15,175 nucleotides of DNA from Candidatus Hydrogenedentota bacterium (GTDB lineage Bacteria; Hydrogenedentota; Hydrogenedentia; Hydrogenedentales; SLHB01), in assembly GCA_963745075.1 (NCBI GenBank), contig CAVUWV010000002.1, positions 1 through 15,175 on the forward strand, given 5' to 3'. Under the pieces are notes generated by a model. The model was not told where the DNA came from. It saw only the letters and a program-made list of their open reading frames with translations, and ran no database searches. The position numbers and the translations under genes are program-made. Below are positions 1-7,199 of this stretch, one piece after another (the stretch's first letter is position 1; each line of letters opens with the position of its first letter).

Positions 1-509
1 ACTGCGTCTATCGGATTCTGGGTCTTCCCTTGCATGAGGGTATCCAAAATGGGCCGGTCCGACGGACCGCTCAGCGCGGCGATAATTTCCTGCTGGGTGG
101 GCGACATGGTGAAGGCTTCGGGATCGGTTAGCCACGTATCCACAAACACAACGAGGACCCATCGCGGTTTGTGTTTGGCAACAGACAGGACGTTTTGGAG
201 GGTGAGATACCAGATTTCGCTGCCGCTCGAGTTAATGCGAATGGTGTACACGTTCCGGGCCAGCAAGGCCGATAACACCTTGGTATCGATGCCTCCCGCG
301 ATGGAGTTACCCAGAATAACAACGTCGGGTTTCTGGTTTTCGATATCCCCGATGAATTCCTCGGGACTTTTCATTTCGCCGCGACCCAGCGGAATCCTCG
401 TCGCCGAGGACACGGGGTGGGCCTCACCGCGAAACAGGTAGGCGGTCGCGTACACCGCGAGGAGGGCGACGCCCGTACCGATCAAACCGGATGTGATTCG
501 TTTTCCCAT
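1..509 (-). CDS. Membrane-anchored SGNH/GDSL-like protein (AlgJ/DltD/PatB-like MBOAT partner), truncated by the window edge
   Basis: Not in the ORF track because it has no stop in the window. ATG at 509 lies 6 nt after the MBOAT stop (TAGGAATTCATG) and the frame is open for 169 codons: MGKRITSGLIGTGVALLAVYATAYLFRG...KPDVVILGNSIAGGIDTKVLS... It has an N-terminal hydrophobic anchor and an SGNH block-I-like motif VVILGNS (GNS at 303-311). Confidence 0.75.
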   Translation of the reverse strand, partial: MGKRITSGLIGTGVALLAVYATAYLFRGEAHPVSSATRIPLGRGEMKSPEEFIGDIENQKPDVVILGNSIAGGIDTKVLSALLARNVYTIRINSSGSEIWYLTLQNVLSVAKHKPRWVLVVFVDTWLTDPEAFTMSPTQQEIIAALSGPSDRPILDTLMQGKTQNPIDA

Positions 510-515
510 GAATTC

Positions 516-1904
516 CTAGAATTGAAAGTAGATGAAGTCCTGTTGGGTTTCCCGGGCAAGCACAAAGATCGCGGCGATGATGACGCCGTACACACCCGCG
601 CGCACGAGTTGGACGCCTTTGAGGTGTTTGTCCGCCCAATACAGAAGATACAGCGGCATAGAATACATGCCGATGAGCGCAGTGACCGTGACCGCCAGGG
701 CCAACGAGTCACCCGAGAGCCCGAGCGTCATGTGACGCGCCACGTCGACCGCCCATTCGAGACTCGGCATGCGAAACAGGAACCAGCCGAAAAGCGTGAA
801 ACACATCATGACGGCCCACGCGCCGACGTGGCCCGGGCGCGTGCGGGGCTGCCACCGGCCGCCAATCCCGAGGAGATGGTAGAAGAAGACCAGAAGGCCG
901 TGGTAGATCCCCCAGAGCACGAAGTTCCATGCCGCGCCGTGCCACAATCCACTCAATCCCATCGACGTGACGAGTACGAAGAGATGCCCCAGACGCGTAT
1001 TCACGCGCGATCCGCCGAGGGGGATATACAGGTAGTCGCGAATCCAGGTGGAGAACGAAATGTGCCAGCGGCGCCAGAAGTCCGACGGAGAAATGGCGAG
1101 GTAGGGCGAATTGAAGTTCTCGACGAGATCGAACCCCAACAGCCGGGCCGTGGCGCGGGCGATATCCGTGTACGCGGAGAAGTCCGTGTAGATCTGCACG
1201 GCGAAGGCGATGGTGCCCGCGAGGACGAGTAGAAACGACGGATGATCGAGCATGTAAATCTTGTCGACAAATATGGCCACGTTATCGGCGATGACGAGTT
1301 TCTTCAGGTAGCCACGCACCATCAACGGGAAGGCGGAAAAGAACATCTCGGCCTGCCAGGTGCGCGGCTGTTCGATCTGGGGAAGGAAGCGTTTGGCCCG
1401 CTCGATGGGCCCCGCGACCAACTGGGGAAAGAAGGACACGAACAAGGCAAAATCGAGGAAATTTCGACGGGGTTCCATTTCGCCGCGATAGATGTCGATT
1501 GTGTAGCTCAGGGTTTGAAACGTGTAGAAGGAGATGCCCACGGGCAGGAAGATTTTCAGGGCCAAGGGGCTGGTCATTAGCCCAACGTTTCCCAACGCCG
1601 CCGCGACGTTGTCGTAGAAAAAATTGAAGTATTTGAAGAAACCGAGCATGCCCAGGTTCGCCAAAAGACTGACGATAAGGAAACGCCCTCGTGCACGGGG
1701 AAACCGCTGGATACCGAGTCCACAGCAATAGTCGACCACGGTCGAGACGGCGATGAGAATGCAGAACCAAGGGTGGATGTAACCGTAGAAAACGTAACTC
1801 GCGACGAGCAACAAAACGTTCTGCACGCTTCGAACCCGCAATGCCCAGTACGCAGCGAGTATCAGCGCGAGAAAGATTGCGTAGTCGAAACTGGTGAATA
1901 CCAT
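516..1904 (-). CDS. MBOAT family O-acyltransferase (AlgI/DltB/PatA type)
   Basis: 462 aa polytopic membrane protein. Motifs LPVGISFYTFQ, FFPQLVAGPIER, DFSAYTDIA, NFNSPY, DFWRRWHISFSTWIRDYLYIPLGG, GLWHGA (catalytic His) and C-terminal FIYFQF. Confidence 0.95.
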   Translation of the reverse strand: MVFTSFDYAIFLALILAAYWALRVRSVQNVLLLVASYVFYGYIHPWFCILIAVSTVVDYCCGLGIQRFPRARGRFLIVSLLANLGMLGFFKYFNFFYDNVAAALGNVGLMTSPLALKIFLPVGISFYTFQTLSYTIDIYRGEMEPRRNFLDFALFVSFFPQLVAGPIERAKRFLPQIEQPRTWQAEMFFSAFPLMVRGYLKKLVIADNVAIFVDKIYMLDHPSFLLVLAGTIAFAVQIYTDFSAYTDIARATARLLGFDLVENFNSPYLAISPSDFWRRWHISFSTWIRDYLYIPLGGSRVNTRLGHLFVLVTSMGLSGLWHGAAWNFVLWGIYHGLLVFFYHLLGIGGRWQPRTRPGHVGAWAVMMCFTLFGWFLFRMPSLEWAVDVARHMTLGLSGDSLALAVTVTALIGMYSMPLYLLYWADKHLKGVQLVRAGVYGVIIAAIFVLARETQQDFIYFQF

Positions 1905-2047
1905 TCCCGGTCCGGCCTTCCTCTAGCGCCAGGAAGTAGATGCATTGGAACGCCAGAGCGCCGAAACCGACCGCAGAACGCAGGTTACCGCAGGCCTTCC
2001 GCCAAATGTCGACGGGCGGACCCCGCCAGGGTTCTCAGCGCGTATGC

Positions 2048-3478
2048 TCATTCAATGTACCCTAACGCGCGCAGTGCCTCTTTCGTCTCTTCGTCGACGC
2101 TCTCGGCCTGGACCGGGGCCCGGCGCATCATGTCGTGCACTTTATCGACGAGAAGCTGCCGCAGTTTGGTTTCTCTTTCGCCGCCCAAATTCAACAGGCT
2201 ATGCAATTCGTGGGGATCTTCCTGTAGGTCATAGAATTCGTTAAAGCCTTCCGTCCACCACAAATATTTCGCGGAATGGTCCTGGATCGAAAACCGGTCG
2301 CCTTTTTCATAGAAGGGATTTTCCTCTGCGCCATTTTCCGGGTAGGTCTGTCGCTGGCCGATGGCGTATTGCCTCGGCAAAGCAGCACCCGTCAAAAGCG
2401 CAGGCACCATGGAGTGGCCTTCGATCGTGAGCGAGCCCGGCAGCGGAACACCGAACAAATCGAGGATCGTGGGCATCAGGTCGGTATGGTCGACAACCTG
2501 CGAAATACGCGTGGGTTTGAACCTTCCCGGACCATAGTAAATCAGCGGCACGTGTAATTGTTCCTGGTAGATGCGATCCCCGTGGGCGCCAAATTTATGG
2601 TTGCCGAGCCCTTCGCCGTGATCGGACGTGAATATCCACACGGTTTCATTCGCGGGCATTCGCGTATTGACGTAGTCGAAGAGACGTCGGAGCTGTGCGT
2701 CCGCGTACAGAATCTCACTGTCGTACCCGCGAATCGTTCTGGCCAAGTATTCCGTGCCGTAGCGCCAGAAACCCCAATCGGATTTCTGCTGCTCCACGAC
2801 AAACTTCGAGACAACTACGTCGTCATCCTTGCCGTCAGCAGCCAACGCCTGAACGTACTCGTCCGGCGCCTTGTAAGGGAAATGGGGATCGAACACGTGG
2901 ACCCACATAAACAAGTCGTTCAATTTCGGCTGGGTGGTCAGCCATTGTATCGCGGCGTCGATGGTCTCTCCGGCGGGGCGATACAACTTTTCCTGGTCGT
3001 CCAGTTCGTCAAGCACATCAAACCCCTGAGCGACGTTGCACCGGCTGAAATGGACGGTGCTGGTAAACGCAGCCGTATGAAAATGCTTGGTCTTCAAGAT
3101 TTCGGCCAGGGTGTCGAATTGATGGGGCAATTTGAGACCGTTCCGGGAAAGTCCATGTTCGCACGGATAGAGCGAGGTAAACATGGTGGCGTGCGAAGGC
3201 GCGGTCGCTCCCATGGGCGCGAATGCCCGATCGAACACGACTCCCTCGGCGGCACGCTCAGCCAAAAATGGGCTGGTGTCGCGGAAATAGCCATACATCG
3301 GGAGGTGGTCGGCACGAAGCGTATCGATCGTTACGAACACAACGAGCCGGCATGCGGGGGGTTCTTCGGCTTTCGGACCCGTAGCGATCGCGGGTGTGGC
3401 TGGGGGATTACTGCACGCTGTGCAAGCGAGAATGATAATTGCCCATATTGATACGTATGGTATCGCTTTCGCTACCAT
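2048..3478 (-). CDS. Exported (probable lipoprotein) sulfatase-like hydrolase/transferase, alkaline phosphatase superfamily
   Basis: Motifs IDTLRADHL, GATAPSHATMFTS, HVFDPHFPY, YDSEILYAD, TSDHGE and YDLQEDPHE. The start was moved from 3682 to ATG 3478, which has AAGGA upstream and gives signal-like MVAKAIPYVSIWAIIILACTAC. ATG 3520 is an alternative. Ends EALRALGYIE. Confidence 0.88.
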   Translation of the reverse strand: MVAKAIPYVSIWAIIILACTACSNPPATPAIATGPKAEEPPACRLVVFVTIDTLRADHLPMYGYFRDTSPFLAERAAEGVVFDRAFAPMGATAPSHATMFTSLYPCEHGLSRNGLKLPHQFDTLAEILKTKHFHTAAFTSTVHFSRCNVAQGFDVLDELDDQEKLYRPAGETIDAAIQWLTTQPKLNDLFMWVHVFDPHFPYKAPDEYVQALAADGKDDDVVVSKFVVEQQKSDWGFWRYGTEYLARTIRGYDSEILYADAQLRRLFDYVNTRMPANETVWIFTSDHGEGLGNHKFGAHGDRIYQEQLHVPLIYYGPGRFKPTRISQVVDHTDLMPTILDLFGVPLPGSLTIEGHSMVPALLTGAALPRQYAIGQRQTYPENGAEENPFYEKGDRFSIQDHSAKYLWWTEGFNEFYDLQEDPHELHSLLNLGGERETKLRQLLVDKVHDMMRRAPVQAESVDEETKEALRALGYIE

Positions 3479-3539
3479 CTGCAATTCCTTGAAAGCCGTA
3501 TTCCGTACCTCGCGATTCATGCAGTATCCGATCAACACC

Positions 3540-5414
3540 TCAGTCCCCAAGGTAGCCAAGGGCGCGCAATTGCTCGTCCCGTTCCGACTGGGTATCCAAG
3601 GCGCCCTGGTCGATGTCTGTACTCGTGGGTATGAACCGGACCGCTTCCGCCACGGCCCACTTGCTCGGGTCCCCTTCGTCAATGATCAGCGTAAACCTGT
3701 CGTTTGTTACCGTGTACGTGCCTAAGTCTATGAAGCGAACCGGAAGATCGGGATCTTCTGAGCGCAGCTCATGTGATTCTACTTCTCCTTGTGCCTGGAC
3801 GGCAATGACGGAACCGAGTTGATCGCCGGCCCCGAGGGACCCATCCAGCTCGACTTGGACTTTGTACTCCCCGTTCGGAACGTTGAATTCGAAGGTAATC
3901 GGGGGCGCGTTTTCGCGGAACGCACAACTTTTCAGCCGACCGGAAACGAGGGTCCATTTATTGTCGTCGAGGCTGTGGTTTGCCAAGCCGACCCAGGCAT
4001 CGTTCGATTCCGCGGGTACCGAAGACGGCTCCAATTTGACGGTAAACACGCCGACTTCTGTCCGAGGCAAGTCGGCGTAGTGTTTCCAAAGCGGCAGTAT
4101 GTTGGTTTCGATGTATTGGCGCATCGTTCGCGCGTCCTCGGGATGTGAGTCGATCACATTGGAGCGTTCAACTAAACGGTCGGGCATTGCCCAAAGATAT
4201 TGAACGCCGGTCGTCGGATCCGTTTCATAGTCAAATTCTGCATCGCGAAGCATCATGATCGGCGGCGTGTCGTCATTCCCCGAAGGACGTTTGCCGAAAA
4301 CGAATTGATGAATGGTTTGCGTGCCGGTGGGGTCCTTCAATAACGGAACCAGATTTTTGCCATCCATGGCCGCGTGTGTGTCCAGTCCCAGCAAGTCGAC
4401 GAGCGTCGGGACGATATCCGCGTTCTGTACCAACGACCGAGTACGCAGCCCGTGAGGAATTCCCGGGCCATGCATAATCAACGGAACATGAAACAACTCA
4501 TAACTGCTGATCCCTGACGGATGATCGAAGGTCTTACCGTCTTCCCCGAGCAGGTCACCGTGGTCGGAGTTAATGATGATGATCGTGTTGTCATAAAGCC
4601 CCAAGTACTTCAGTTCCTTAACCAACTGGCCGATATGGGCGTCCGCATAGAGGATGCCGCCGTCGTGCTGCCCCCGGAGATGATGCTGCTCGCGCTCGTC
4701 GAAGGGTGGATTTTGCAGCGAGGGATTCTGTCTGCGCTCCGCCGTATATCCAGGGTCAAGCCATTGATCGTAAGGGGGCCGCAGATTGTCGTGAGGAAAA
4801 TGCGTGTCGAGCGAATGAAGATATAAGAAAAACGGCCGCTTCTGATTGTTCTCGAGCCACTGAAACGTTTCGGCGTTGAGTGCGCTGAAGTCCGCGTACG
4901 CTTCACCGGCATGAGGCGGAAGATATTTCGCCGTATCGAACGCCTTCCAAAGACGGCTGTTGGGACTGAACCACCCGTGGACGGTAACCATGTGAGTCCA
5001 GTACCCGTTTGCGCGCAGGATCTCCGGGAGATAGCGTTCGTCGTCGGGGCGTTTTCGGAACGCCTCGAGCCACGAACCGCGATCCAAGCAGTAAACCGGG
5101 AAAAAGCGGCTCGTGAAGTAGGTTGGCACGGACCACGTTGTCCCGTTCGACTGCGAGAAGGCCTGCTCGAAAAGCGCACCATCCGCCGCGAGTGCGTCCA
5201 TATTGGGGGAGGTGGGCCGGTCGTATCCCATGCACGACAGATTGTCGCCGCGGCACGCATCCAGCAGAATCCAAATGATGTTGGGTTGGCCTGGCGTTTT
5301 TTCAACGGATTCCGTAGCAGCAGCTTTCGGTTCGGTTTGCTTGAAACATGCGGCGGCAAACAAAAGCGCCAGGCCGATGACAACCGTGGAGATTCGTGTG
5401 CGTTTATGTATCAA
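3540..5414 (-). CDS. Exported (probable lipoprotein) sulfatase-like hydrolase/transferase with an extra C-terminal beta-rich domain
   Basis: 624 aa, TTG start, signal-like MIHKRTRISTVVIGLALLFAAAC. Motifs PNIIWILLDACRGD, SNGTTWSVPTYFTS, HSLDTHFPH, NSDHGD and HVPLIMHGP. About 150 extra residues follow the core. Ends EQLRALGYLGD. Confidence 0.88.
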   Translation of the reverse strand: MIHKRTRISTVVIGLALLFAAACFKQTEPKAAATESVEKTPGQPNIIWILLDACRGDNLSCMGYDRPTSPNMDALAADGALFEQAFSQSNGTTWSVPTYFTSRFFPVYCLDRGSWLEAFRKRPDDERYLPEILRANGYWTHMVTVHGWFSPNSRLWKAFDTAKYLPPHAGEAYADFSALNAETFQWLENNQKRPFFLYLHSLDTHFPHDNLRPPYDQWLDPGYTAERRQNPSLQNPPFDEREQHHLRGQHDGGILYADAHIGQLVKELKYLGLYDNTIIIINSDHGDLLGEDGKTFDHPSGISSYELFHVPLIMHGPGIPHGLRTRSLVQNADIVPTLVDLLGLDTHAAMDGKNLVPLLKDPTGTQTIHQFVFGKRPSGNDDTPPIMMLRDAEFDYETDPTTGVQYLWAMPDRLVERSNVIDSHPEDARTMRQYIETNILPLWKHYADLPRTEVGVFTVKLEPSSVPAESNDAWVGLANHSLDDNKWTLVSGRLKSCAFRENAPPITFEFNVPNGEYKVQVELDGSLGAGDQLGSVIAVQAQGEVESHELRSEDPDLPVRFIDLGTYTVTNDRFTLIIDEGDPSKWAVAEAVRFIPTSTDIDQGALDTQSERDEQLRALGYLGD

Positions 5415-5679
5415 TTTCCAGTTCCCGACGCGAGTGGCGAAATTCTAAGGTAGGTAGGGACGATAAGCGCGTTAGCCCAATTACGGTCGTACCTGTCCGG
5501 AATCGCGAACCTAAATTCGTACTGCACCGTGGACGCCCACTGCGTACGGGTCGTCACGATACGGCATTTGGCCCCAAACATAGACCAAAACTGCGGCAAC
5601 AGCAAGAAGCCCTGGTCCGACGAGTCTGTCAACCGTTGTTCGCAGTAGTCGCAGCCCAAGGGGTCCGCAACCGCTTCCA

Positions 5680-5831
5680 CCGAACGCCGGCGCCGAGACC
5701 ACGCGCCGTCGCCGAAGAAATGGGCTCGCATGTCGTTGTCGATACCATGGACGCCGGGGCTTTCCCGGCAGCAACGGGGCGGTTTCGCTGCCGATGAGGC
5801 CGGCGGAGCCTGTGACGATGACGCAACGCAT
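5680..5831 (-). pseudogene. Truncated, frameshifted 5' remnant of an NAD-dependent epimerase/dehydratase (CDP-paratose 2-epimerase-like extended SDR)
   Basis: TAAGGA RBS, then ATG 5831 MRCVIVTGSAGLIGSETA (TGxxGxxG Rossmann motif). After a 1-nt shift near 5776-5779 the next frame reads GVHGIDNDMRAHFFGDGA. Recognisable similarity ends after about 50 codons and there is no YxxxK motif. The 3' boundary is approximate. Confidence 0.75.
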
Positions 5832-6055
5832 GGCACGTAATCCTTACTATCTTCGGCAGTCGCGTAAACAGAAAGGTTGAGTGTATGCAATGACCGGTGG
5901 TGGAATCAAAAGGGGTCTGGCGTCTGGAGGCGGGAGAAGGAGGAGGCGCGCGGGGTCTCGGCGGGTGTTCCGATTGCGGACGGCGGAAGGCGAATTGGTA
6001 AACGGCGTTGGGGTTGTGTGTCTTGGCGCGGTCGAAGGTTTCTTGTGAAGCGGAC

Positions 6056-6847
6056 TTACCGGGTGTTCGGACCGGTGATGAGAGCGATGGCTTGGCTTAT
6101 GCGTTCAGCCGCAGCCTCGGTGGGGACGGCGTAGAGGGCGACGAGTTCGGAGTCGCCGGCGAAGCCGGGTTCGAAGTGCCCGATGGCGCCGCGCCAGGGC
6201 ATGAGCCGGGCAGCGGCGGCGCGCAGAAGGGGCAGGGCCGCGTCCGCCCGGGCATCCGGCGGCGGGACGGGGTCGTCGCCGGTCAGGTAGAGTTGAATGA
6301 CGCGCTCCGTGCGTTCGAGGGTTCCGCCTTGGGTGGCGGCGGTCCAGCAGCGGGCCAGGGCCGGACCGTCCAACACGAGGGCATCGCTCAAGGCAAAGGC
6401 GTTGGGCGGCGGGGCGCCGTCGTCGAAGGCGATGTCGATTCGCGAGTCGTCGTCATCGAGGTAGAGGCGGGTGGTGACGGAGTCGCGGCGGCCGGCGTCG
6501 AAACCCCGTAAAGCGAGCCGGAGGCACTCGGCGATCTGTTCGGGATCGCCTTGAAGCAGGAGCGGTTCGTCGGGTGCGAGGGAATCGTGGGAACGCACGA
6601 CATGGGGAGACTGGGCGCGAAACCGATCGAGGAGGTCGTATGCGGTGTATTCGGGCGTGCGATGCAGTATGAGGAATCGCCGCGCGGCTTCGATCGCTTC
6701 GAAGCTGTCGCGCAGCACGCGGTCGAGTTCCGGGGCCCACGTGTCGGCGTCGCGGGGGCGGTGATGACGAAGTTCGGCGGCGTGCCGGTGCAACGCGCGT
6801 TCCACGGCGGTCAACGCGCCGGTCAGATGGGAATTGAATGAATCCAT
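6056..6847 (-). CDS. Hypothetical protein resembling a degenerate histidine kinase core (pseudokinase-like)
   Basis: 263 aa with an AGGAG RBS at 6857-6861. Segments DSFNSHLTG, LQGDPEQIAECLRLAL, IDIAFDDG, QGGTLE and VIQLYL occur in the order of HisKA/HATPase_c elements, but catalytic residues are missing. The fold call is by eye. Confidence 0.65.
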   Translation of the reverse strand: MDSFNSHLTGALTAVERALHRHAAELRHHRPRDADTWAPELDRVLRDSFEAIEAARRFLILHRTPEYTAYDLLDRFRAQSPHVVRSHDSLAPDEPLLLQGDPEQIAECLRLALRGFDAGRRDSVTTRLYLDDDDSRIDIAFDDGAPPPNAFALSDALVLDGPALARCWTAATQGGTLERTERVIQLYLTGDDPVPPPDARADAALPLLRAAAARLMPWRGAIGHFEPGFAGDSELVALYAVPTEAAAERISQAIALITGPNTR

Positions 6848-6981
6848 GGGGGTGTGCTCCTGTTCACAGTCTACGTGAACCGGGTGGGGAAACGATACCG
6901 CTGCCCATCTTGGCCCGAGACGATTCCGGGGATACCCACGCCTGGCGCTCCCAGTACGGCCCGTTCCCCCGTCTTCGCATT

Positions 6982-6994
6982 GTGCTTAAAGCAC
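6982..6994. promoter_or_regulatory. Inverted repeat GTGCTT-A-AAGCAC in a divergent intergenic region, possible operator
   Basis: Perfect 6-1-6 palindrome between the divergent starts at 6847 and 7200. Function is not demonstrated. Confidence 0.3.
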
Positions 6995-7140
6995 CTCAGA
7001 CCGCGACCCTTCCGTGGCCGAACCATCTTGGATCGGAAACGCGCCATGGATTCTAAAACCGCCCGGTCATTGGCCATGCACGTGCGATTGCGCTGCGGGT
7101 CGTGGTTGAAGTCTGAGCGCGGGGAACTCTACCATGCAAA

Positions 7141-7169
7141 TTGCACGCGACATGGTCGGGTGTTAGCAT
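7141..7169 (+). promoter_or_regulatory. Candidate sigma70 promoter for the hydrolase gene
   Basis: -35 TTGCAC (7141-7146), 17-nt spacer, extended -10 TGnTAGCAT (7161-7169). AAGGAG RBS at 7181-7186 precedes ATG 7200. Confidence 0.55.
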
Positions 7170-7199
7170 GACGTAACGGCAAGGAGCGGGAACCATCAC

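Noticed and set aside
1917..2020. Two 6-bp hairpins (1917-1936, 1998-2020) upstream of the MBOAT as a riboswitch or terminator
   Set aside because: Short stems, no U-tract and no recognisable aptamer. Compatible with chance at this GC content.
3479..3682. N-terminal extension of ORF 2048-3682
   Set aside because: It overlaps the upstream gene by 143 nt and would bury the signal peptide. Starts at 3478 or 3520 fit better.
5411..5890. ORFs 5411-5890 and 5511-5831 as two real small proteins
   Set aside because: Each carries one piece of the same broken epimerase N-terminus, and the rest has no recognisable features.
5895..6035. G-rich, strand-skewed intergenic stretch as a G-quadruplex, ncRNA or small ORF
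   Set aside because: Irregular G-runs, no clear repeat unit or fold, and low-complexity translations. Not supportable.
7071..7085. GG-N10-GC (TGGCCATGCACGTGC) as a sigma54 promoter
   Set aside because: The spacing fits but the match to TGGCAC-N5-TTGC is poor, and a better sigma70 candidate lies downstream.
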